This document shows, one piece after another, positions 56,050-64,000 of a stretch of 64,000 bases of DNA. The stretch's first letter is position 1. Every line of letters begins with the position of its first letter. A program made the translations under genes and the position numbers. The stretch lies in assembly GCA_040752855.1 (NCBI GenBank), contig JBFMHP010000046.1:9349-73348 (forward strand), read 5' to 3'. Below the pieces are notes generated by a model that saw nothing but the letters and a program-made list of their open reading frames with translations, did not search any database and was not told the origin of the DNA. The DNA is from Pseudomonadota bacterium. Its GTDB lineage: Bacteria; Pseudomonadota; Gammaproteobacteria; RBG-16-57-12.

Positions 56050-57230
56050 AAATACGCCTCAACCGCACACTGGGACTGACGCTGCTGCTGTTCAGCGCGC
56101 TGCTGGCCTTTGGCTGGGTGGTGGCCACCCAGGGGCCGCTGGCGCCGATCCGGGTCTCGGTGACCGAGCTGCAAAACGGCGCGCTTTCCAACGCAGTATT
56201 CGGCATCGGCACGGTCGAGGCCCGGCGCCGCTACGCCCTGGGGCCTACCCTCCCGGCGCGGGTGGCGCAGGTGCTGGCGGACGAAGGTGACACCGTGGCG
56301 GCCGGACAGGCATTGGCGGTGATGGACAGCATCGATCTTGAAGACCGGCTGGAAAGCGCCCGCCTCGCCGCGCAGCGGGCCGCTCAGGCGGTAGTGAGCG
56401 CCGAGGCCCTGCGCTCCGAGGCCGACAGCCGCCTGCGCCTGGCTCAGGCCAATCTGGCCCGCTATCACGAGCTGCGCGCCCAGGCCCTGGTCAGCCCCGA
56501 GCAGTTGGAGACCCGTCAGCATGAGGCCGACGCCGCCACGGCGGCGCAACAGGCGGCACAGGCCGCGCTGGAGGCGGCGCGGCGCGATCAGGCGCGCGCC
56601 CGTTCCGACATCGACGGACTACGTAAGCAGCTTGCACAGATGACGCTGCACGCCCCGGTCGATGGCATCATCATCGCCCGCCATGTCGAGCCGGGCACCA
56701 CGGTGGTGGCCGGGGCGCCCGTCATCGAGCTGATCGACCCGGACAGCCTGTGGGTCGAGGCGCGCATCAACCAGCGGCTGGCCGGCGAACTGCGCGTGGA
56801 TCAGCCGGCCGAGATCGTGCTGCGCTCACGCCCGGACACGCCGCTGCCAGGGCGCGTGGCGCGCATCGACTGGCTGAGCGATGCGGTCACCGAAGAGCGC
56901 ATCGTGCATCTGCGTTTCGACGGCCGGCCCGAAGGAATCAGCGTCGGCGAACTGGCGGAGGTGACCATCCAACTGGCGGAGTCCCGCAACGCCGGCTGGC
57001 TGCCCGCGGCCGCGATCCAGCGCCACGGCCAGCAGAGCGGGGTCTGGGTCGTGGGCGCCGACGGTCTGACCTTCCAACCGGTGACCACCGGGATGACCAG
57101 CCTGGACGGGCGCACCGAGATCCGCGACGGCGTGGCGCCGGGCGTTGCCGTGGTCGTTTATGCCGAAAAGGCGCTCTCCCCGAACGCCAAGATCCGCGTG
57201 GTCCCCGCCTTGGACGGGGGCGCCCGATGA
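56046..57230 (+). CDS. Efflux periplasmic adaptor (MFP) subunit
   Basis: GIGTVEAR, lipoyl-like and long helical hairpin, LHAPVDGII. Confidence 0.9.
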   Translation: MKIRLNRTLGLTLLLFSALLAFGWVVATQGPLAPIRVSVTELQNGALSNAVFGIGTVEARRRYALGPTLPARVAQVLADEGDTVAAGQALAVMDSIDLEDRLESARLAAQRAAQAVVSAEALRSEADSRLRLAQANLARYHELRAQALVSPEQLETRQHEADAATAAQQAAQAALEAARRDQARARSDIDGLRKQLAQMTLHAPVDGIIIARHVEPGTTVVAGAPVIELIDPDSLWVEARINQRLAGELRVDQPAEIVLRSRPDTPLPGRVARIDWLSDAVTEERIVHLRFDGRPEGISVGELAEVTIQLAESRNAGWLPAAAIQRHGQQSGVWVVGADGLTFQPVTTGMTSLDGRTEIRDGVAPGVAVVVYAEKALSPNAKIRVVPALDGGAR

Positions 57231-58420
57231 TCAACCTCGCCGGACGCGACATCCTCGACGGCTGGGGCAAGTTCGTGTTCACCGGCCTCGGTCTGGGACT
57301 GCTGATCGGTGTCACCCTGTCGATGGCCGGCATCTATCGCGGCATGGTGGAGGACGCCAAGGTGCTCATCGACAACGGCGGGGCGGACCTCTGGGTAGTA
57401 CAACAGGACACCCTCGGTCCCTACGCCGAGCCCTCCAGTGTGCGCGACGATCTCTATCGCAGTCTGCTCGGCATCCCCGGGGTCGCCGCCGCCGGCAACG
57501 TGACCTATCTGACCATGCAGATCGCCCATGCCGGGACGGAGCGGCGCGTGATGCTGGTGGGATTCGAGCTGGGCCAGCCGGGCGGGCCGCCGCGTCTGAT
57601 CGCCGGGCGGCCGATCACGCGCGACCACTACGAGGCCCTGGCCGACATCAAGGCGGGCTTTGCGCTCGGCGAACGGGTGCAGATCCGCCGCCATCAGTAC
57701 ACCATCGTGGGGCTGACGCGGCGCACCGTCTCCTCCAACGGCGATCCGATGGTGTTCGTCCCGCTCAAGGACGCCCAGGAATTGCAGTTTCTCAAAGACA
57801 ATGAGGCCTTGCGCAACGAGCGCGCCCGCACCGCGGCCAACCCCGTCTACAACCGCCCCAACGTGCCGGGCCTGCTCTCGCAGGTGCAGGCCGGCCAGGC
57901 CTCCAGCCACTTCGTCAACGCCGTCCTGCTGCGCCTCGCTCCCTGGGCCGACGCCGGCGCCGTCGCCGAAGAGGTCCGGCGCTGGAAGTATCTCCAGGCC
58001 TACACCCGGAGCGACATGGAGGAGATCCTGGTCGCCAAGCTGATCGCGACCTCGGCCAAGCAGATCCTGATGTTCCTGGTGATCCTGGCGGTGGTCAGCG
58101 CCGCCATCGTGGCCTTCATCATCTACACCATGACGCTCAACAAGATCCGCGAGATCGCCGTGCTCAAACTGATCGGGGCGCGCAACCGCACCATCGCCGC
58201 GATGATCATGCAACAGGCCCTCGGTCTGGGGCTGATCGGCTTTATCGTCGGCAAGACCGCCGCCACATTCTGGGCGCCGATCTTCCCCAAGTACGTGCTG
58301 CTGCTCCCCGAGGATGCACTGCGCGGCCTGCTCATCGTGCTGGCCATCTGCGCCGTCGCCAGTACCATCGCCATCCGCGCCGCGCTGCGCGTCGACCCGG
58401 CCACCGCCATCGGAGGATAG
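57227..58420 (+). CDS. MacB/FtsX-like ABC permease
   Basis: ADLWVVQ, KIREIAVLKLIGA, ALRVDPA. Confidence 0.9.
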   Translation: MINLAGRDILDGWGKFVFTGLGLGLLIGVTLSMAGIYRGMVEDAKVLIDNGGADLWVVQQDTLGPYAEPSSVRDDLYRSLLGIPGVAAAGNVTYLTMQIAHAGTERRVMLVGFELGQPGGPPRLIAGRPITRDHYEALADIKAGFALGERVQIRRHQYTIVGLTRRTVSSNGDPMVFVPLKDAQELQFLKDNEALRNERARTAANPVYNRPNVPGLLSQVQAGQASSHFVNAVLLRLAPWADAGAVAEEVRRWKYLQAYTRSDMEEILVAKLIATSAKQILMFLVILAVVSAAIVAFIIYTMTLNKIREIAVLKLIGARNRTIAAMIMQQALGLGLIGFIVGKTAATFWAPIFPKYVLLLPEDALRGLLIVLAICAVASTIAIRAALRVDPATAIGG

Positions 58421-59131
<711 letters not shown>

Positions 59132-59160
59132 CCGTTCGTTCCCCGACGTATCCTGGGCGT

Positions 59161-60669
59161 CTATATCGATGTTCGATCCAGGCGCCGGTAGGAAATCGCC
59201 TCGGCGAGATGCGCGGTTTGGATGGTCTCTGATTCGGAGAGATCCGCGATGGTGCGCGCGACCTTGAGGATGCGGTGATAAGCGCGCGCGGAAAGTCCCA
59301 GGCGATCGATGGCCTGCATCAACAACTGTTGATCGGCATCCGCGATGCGACAGTGCTGTTCGATTTGGCGATTGTTGAGCGCGCTGTTGGCCACGCCGGC
59401 GCGGGCCTGCTGGCGCTGGCGCGCGCTGACCACGCGCGTGCGCACCGCGGCGCTGGTCTCCACCTCCGCCTTGTTCCCCAACTGCGCCGGCGGCACGGCG
59501 GGCACCTCGATGTGCATATCCAGCCGGTCGAGCAGCGGGCCGGAGACGCGATTGCGGTAGCGCTGAATCTGTTCGGCGGTGCATTGGCAGCGGCCGTTGT
59601 AGTGGCCGTGATAGCCGCACGGGCAGGGATTCATCGCGGCGACCAATTGAAAACGCGCGGGGAATTCCGACTGGCGCGCGGCGCGCGAGATGGTGATGGA
59701 ACCGGATTCCAGCGGCTCACGCAGCACCTCCAGCACCTTGCGGTCGAACTCCGGCAGCTCATCCAAAAACAACACGCCGTTGTGCGCCAGCGAGATCTCG
59801 CCGGGACGCGGATGACTGCCGCCACCGACCAGCGCCACGCCCGAGGCGGTGTGATGCGGCGCGCGAAACGGGCGTACGCGCCATGGAAATTTCTCCAAGC
59901 CCGCGTGACTGATCGATGCGATCGCCGCGCTCTCCAGCGACTCGTCTTCGCTCATCGGCGGCAGGATGCCCGGCAGGCGCGTGGCGAGCATGGTCTTGCC
60001 GGTGCCGGGCGGGCCGATCAGCAACAGGCTGTGGCCGCCCGCGGCGGCGATCTCCAGCGCGCGCTTGGCGTGCTGCTGGCCGCGCACTTCGGCGAGATCG
60101 GCCGCAGATTCTGCATTCATAATTACCGCCGACGCCCCTTCAACCATCGGCAAAAGCTCCTGGCCGCCGAGGTGCGCGCACAGCTCCAGCAGATGACCGA
60201 CGGCCAGCACCCGGCACCCACTGACCAGCGCGGCCTCGTGGGCATTCTCCCTGGGCACCACCAAGACACGATTGGCATCGCGCGCGGCAAGCGCCACTGG
60301 GATCACGCCCCGCACGGGGCGCAGCTCGCCGGAGAGCGCCAGCTCGCCGATGAACTCGTAATTGGACAAGGCGTCTTGCGGGATCTGGTTTGAGGCGGCG
60401 AGGATGCCGATGGCGATCGGCAGATCGAAGCGCCCGCCTTCCTTCGGCAGATCGGCCGGCGCGAGGTTGATGGTGATGCGCCGCAGCGGAAATTCAAAGC
60501 GCGCATTGAGCAGCGCGCCGCGCACGCGGTCCTTGCTCTCTTTCACCGCCGCTTCGGGTAAACCAACGATCGATAGACTGGGCAGGCCATTGGCCAGATG
60601 CACCTCGACGCTCACCAGCGGTGCGTGGATGCCGACTTGGGCGCGACTGTAGACGATGGCGAGCGACAT
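59161..60669 (-). CDS. comM: YifB/ComM Mg-chelatase-like AAA+ ATPase
   Basis: [39 protein letters not shown]. Confidence 0.95.
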   Translation of the reverse strand: MSLAIVYSRAQVGIHAPLVSVEVHLANGLPSLSIVGLPEAAVKESKDRVRGALLNARFEFPLRRITINLAPADLPKEGGRFDLPIAIGILAASNQIPQDALSNYEFIGELALSGELRPVRGVIPVALAARDANRVLVVPRENAHEAALVSGCRVLAVGHLLELCAHLGGQELLPMVEGASAVIMNAESAADLAEVRGQQHAKRALEIAAAGGHSLLLIGPPGTGKTMLATRLPGILPPMSEDESLESAAIASISHAGLEKFPWRVRPFRAPHHTASGVALVGGGSHPRPGEISLAHNGVLFLDELPEFDRKVLEVLREPLESGSITISRAARQSEFPARFQLVAAMNPCPCGYHGHYNGRCQCTAEQIQRYRNRVSGPLLDRLDMHIEVPAVPPAQLGNKAEVETSAAVRTRVVSARQRQQARAGVANSALNNRQIEQHCRIADADQQLLMQAIDRLGLSARAYHRILKVARTIADLSESETIQTAHLAEAISYRRLDRTSI

Positions 60670-60709
60670 GGATTCCTTTCCAGCGAGATTTTAATTTATC
60701 GAATAACCT

Positions 60710-60964
60710 TCATTGATTCTTCAGGCGCGTCTCGAGTTCGGCAACTTGCTTCTCGAGCTGCTCCAATTTGGCGCGGGTGCGGGCCAGCACGGCGGTCTGC
60801 ACATCGAACTCCTCGCGCGTGACCAGATCCATGCGCGTGAACGCACCCTGCAATACGGCGCGCATATTTTTTTCCACATCCTGTTGCAAGTCCTTCACGC
60901 CCGGCGGCACCAGGCCGGAGAGCTTTTGCGCCAACTCGTCGATGAATTTGCCGTCGATCGCCAT
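60710..60964 (-). CDS. ubiK: Ubiquinone biosynthesis accessory factor UbiK (YqiC)
   Basis: MDLVTREEFDVQTAVL.RTR.KLE.LE. Confidence 0.9.
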   Translation of the reverse strand: MAIDGKFIDELAQKLSGLVPPGVKDLQQDVEKNMRAVLQGAFTRMDLVTREEFDVQTAVLARTRAKLEQLEKQVAELETRLKNQ

Positions 60965-61035
60965 GTGCGTATCCCGAAATAATTTTTGATGAGGTAAGTG
61001 TACGCCATCCTGGGCCGCGGAGCTCGCCGCAGACG

Positions 61036-61083
61036 CGCACCGTCATGGTGCAGCCTCGGCCACCACACGCCCATCCTAGTGCA
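61036..61083. promoter_or_regulatory. Tandem NtrC-type enhancer sites
   Basis: CGCACC-N5-GGTGCA (61036-61052) and ACGCCC-N5-AGTGCA (61067-61083), 31 bp apart. Confidence 0.75.
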
Positions 61084-61115
61084 GGCAATGCGGCGCACAC
61101 GTTGCGTCTGCATGC

Positions 61116-61136
61116 TAACACGTTGATTTAAATCAA
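61116..61136. promoter_or_regulatory. Overlapping IHF consensus and FNR-type box
   Basis: Minus AATCAA-CGTG-TTA (61128-61116); plus TTGAT-TTAA-ATCAA (61123-61136). Confidence 0.6.
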
Positions 61137-61147
61137 AACAAGCAATC

Positions 61148-61563
<416 letters not shown>

Positions 61564-61578
61564 TCAGGAGCTGTAACG

Positions 61579-63021
61579 ATGAAAACCCTAATCAAATGTC
61601 TTACGTTGATGACGCTGTTGCTGGTCACACCGCTGACCTTGGCCGATGAAACGACCACCCTGGCCACCGAGGGCGCCGAAACTCAAGCGCTTGTCGCCGA
61701 AACCCCGGCGGAAGCGGCCCCCGCCGCGCCCGTTCCCGAGAAGGGCGACACGGCCTGGATGATCATGGCTACCGTGCTGGTGATCCTGATGACCATCCCC
61801 GGCCTCGCGCTGTTCTACGGCGGTCTGGTGCGGTCGAAGAACGTGCTGTCGGTGCTCACTCAGGTCTTCGTGATCTTCGCCATGATCGCCGTGTTGTGGG
61901 TGATTTACGGTTACAGCCTGGCCTTCACCGCCGGCGGCGGACTCAACAGCTTCATCGGCGGCCTGAGCAAGATGTTCCTCGGCGGCGTGACGCCGGAGTC
62001 GGTGGTAGAGACCTTCAGCAAGGGTGTGGTGATCCCGGAATACGTCTTCGCCATGTTCCAGCTCACCTTCGCCGCCATCACCGTGGCGCTGATCGTCGGC
62101 GCCTTCGCCGAGCGCATCAAGTTCTCAGCACTCCTGGTCTTCTCCATCCTGTGGTTCACCTTCTCGTATCTGCCCATCGCGCACATGGTGTGGTTCTGGG
62201 GCGGCCCGTCGGCCTACGCCGATCCCTCCGGCTTCATCTTCGGCAAGGGCGCGCTGGACTTCGCGGGCGGCACCGTGGTGCACATCAACGCCGGGATCGC
62301 CGCCTTGGTCGGCGCCTTGGTGATCGGCAAGCGCATCGGTTACGGCCGTGAGGCGATGGCCCCGCATAACCTGACCATGACCATGATCGGCGCGGCCCTG
62401 CTCTGGGTGGGCTGGTTCGGGTTCAATGTCGGCTCCAACCTGGAGGTCAACGGTGTGGCCGCCCTGGCGCTGGTCAACACGCTGCTGGCCACGGCCGCTG
62501 CCACCATGTCGTGGCTGCTGGCGGAGTGGATGCTGAAGGGCAAGCCCTCGCTGCTCGGCGCCGCCTCCGGCGCGGTGGCGGGTCTGGTCGCCATCACCCC
62601 GGCCTGCGGCTTCGTCGGCCCGATGGGCGCGCTGATCCTCGGCCTGGTTGCGGGCGTGGTCTGCCTGTGGGGCGTCACCGGTCTGAAACGGATGCTCGGC
62701 TATGACGACTCGCTCGATGTCTTCGGCATCCATGGCATCGGCGGTATCCTCGGCGCCATCGGTACCGGCATCTTCGCCAACCCGGCCCTGGGTGGTCTGG
62801 GTGTGTTCGACTACGGCGCGATGCAAGTGGCCGAGTTCTCCGCCTCCGGCCAGATCATCAGCCAGTTGTGGGGCGTCGGCGTGACCATCTTGTGGTCCGG
62901 CATCGTCAGCTTCGTGCTCTTCAAGCTGGTGGACATGACCATCGGCCTGCGTGTGAGCGAAGAGGCCGAGCGCGAAGGTCTGGACACCACCTCGCACAAC
63001 GAACGCGGCTACAACCTGTAA
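61579..63021 (+). CDS. amtB: Ammonium transporter
   Basis: ALFYGGLVRSKN, DFAGGTVVH, WFGFN, DDSLDVFGIHG. Confidence 0.97.
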   Translation: MKTLIKCLTLMTLLLVTPLTLADETTTLATEGAETQALVAETPAEAAPAAPVPEKGDTAWMIMATVLVILMTIPGLALFYGGLVRSKNVLSVLTQVFVIFAMIAVLWVIYGYSLAFTAGGGLNSFIGGLSKMFLGGVTPESVVETFSKGVVIPEYVFAMFQLTFAAITVALIVGAFAERIKFSALLVFSILWFTFSYLPIAHMVWFWGGPSAYADPSGFIFGKGALDFAGGTVVHINAGIAALVGALVIGKRIGYGREAMAPHNLTMTMIGAALLWVGWFGFNVGSNLEVNGVAALALVNTLLATAAATMSWLLAEWMLKGKPSLLGAASGAVAGLVAITPACGFVGPMGALILGLVAGVVCLWGVTGLKRMLGYDDSLDVFGIHGIGGILGAIGTGIFANPALGGLGVFDYGAMQVAEFSASGQIISQLWGVGVTILWSGIVSFVLFKLVDMTIGLRVSEEAEREGLDTTSHNERGYNL

Positions 63022-63055
63022 CTAAACGCCTCCCTCCCCCCGCCGAGGTGTTTGG

Positions 63056-63084
63056 CGCCCGGGCTTTGTCCCGGGCGTTTTTTT
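63056..63084 (+). terminator. Intrinsic terminator after amtB
   Basis: CGCCCGGG/CCCGGGCG stem followed by a T run. Confidence 0.85.
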
Positions 63085-63227
63085 GCGCCATCTCCGGAAC
63101 GGATCTGCGGCATGGGCCGCACGATGACCTTCTTTTACACTGCCTCCCCTTGAAAACACGTATTAGGCGCAACTATATTCCACACGAGTCATTCATTCGG
63201 CTGCGGCCTTTTTGGAGGAGATACTCT

Positions 63228-64000
63228 GTGAAGTTTGCTCGAATACAATATGCGCTCGTCCTCGTTTTCACCGCCCTGCTGCTCTTTACGTCCAGCGCGC
63301 AGTCGGCGATTCCGTTGTTCGGCGGGCAGCAGGAAAAACAAAGCCTGGCCCCGATGCTGAAGGGCGTGATGCCCGCGGTTGTGAACATCTCCACCAAATC
63401 GCGCGTCCAGGTACAGGAAAATCCGCTGTTCAACGATCCGTTCTTCCGCCGCTTCTTCGACATTCCCAACATGCCGCGCGAGCGCGAATCCCAAAGCCTG
63501 GGCTCCGGGGTGATCATCGATGCCAAACAAGGCCACATCATCACCAATCACCACGTGATCAAGGGCGCCGATGAAATCACCGTCACCCTGCGCGACCGGC
63601 GCGAGTTCGAGGCCAAGCTGATCGGCTCCGATCCGGAGGCCGACCTGGCCGTCATCCAGATCAAGGCCGACAAACTCACCGAGCTGCCGCTCTCCGACTC
63701 CGAGCAATTGGAGGTCGGCGATTTCGTGGTCGCCATCGGCAACCCTTTCGGCCTGGGCCAAACCGTGACCTCCGGCATCGTCAGCGCCCTGGGCCGCTCC
63801 GGCCTGGGGATCGAAGGCTATGAAGACTTCATCCAGACCGATGCCTCGATCAATCCCGGCAACTCCGGCGGCGCCCTGGTCACGCTGGACGGCAAGCTGA
63901 TCGGCATCAACACCGCCATCGTCGCCCCCAGCGGCGGCAACGTCGGCATCGGCTTCGCCATCCCCGCGAACATGGCGCGCAGCATCAAGGACCAGCTGAT
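63228..64000 (+). CDS. degQ: Do/DegQ family periplasmic serine protease (3' truncated by the window)
   Basis: GTG after GGAGG; PAVVNI, TNHHV, D..ADLAV, IQTDASINPGNSGG; no stop before the edge. Confidence 0.93.
   Translation, partial: MKFARIQYALVLVFTALLLFTSSAQSAIPLFGGQQEKQSLAPMLKGVMPAVVNISTKSRVQVQENPLFNDPFFRRFFDIPNMPRERESQSLGSGVIIDAKQGHIITNHHVIKGADEITVTLRDRREFEAKLIGSDPEADLAVIQIKADKLTELPLSDSEQLEVGDFVVAIGNPFGLGQTVTSGIVSALGRSGLGIEGYEDFIQTDASINPGNSGGALVTLDGKLIGINTAIVAPSGGNVGIGFAIPANMARSIKDQL

Overview
High-GC gammaproteobacterial chromosome segment. The gene order (rppH-ptsP, purMN, argH-algZ-algR, glnK-amtB) resembles Pseudomonas/Chromatiales; this taxonomy is inference only. 1-13.8 kb is the core tRNA(Tyr,Gly,Thr)-tuf-tRNA(Trp)-secE-nusG-rplKAJL-rpoBC cluster, ending in a promoter whose downstream gene (probably rpsL) starts at the window edge. 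14-28 kb is housekeeping. 26.6-45.6 kb holds the accessory material: a B12-uptake cluster with a cobalamin riboswitch, interrupted by what looks like an orphan Tsi1/Tai1-type T6SS immunity gene; a REP-associated tandem duplication; a coupled two-gene unit of a divergent YidC-like membrane protein and a rifampin-phosphotransferase-like PEP-utilizing enzyme; a sigma28-preceded flagellar-rod-like miniprotein; an MHYT/PAS hybrid kinase; and a solitary secreted 11-heme cytochrome with an OmcE-like N-terminus. 45.6-64 kb contains argH, algZR, trkH, rep, arsM, a TetR-controlled ABC efflux operon, comM, ubiK, glnK-amtB (sigma54/NtrC/IHF promoter with a perfect FNR-type box) and a partial degQ. Several GTAG-family REP dimers are present. 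No CRISPR array, integrase or transposase was seen. Homology calls come from motif recognition and remembered reference sequences, not from database searches.
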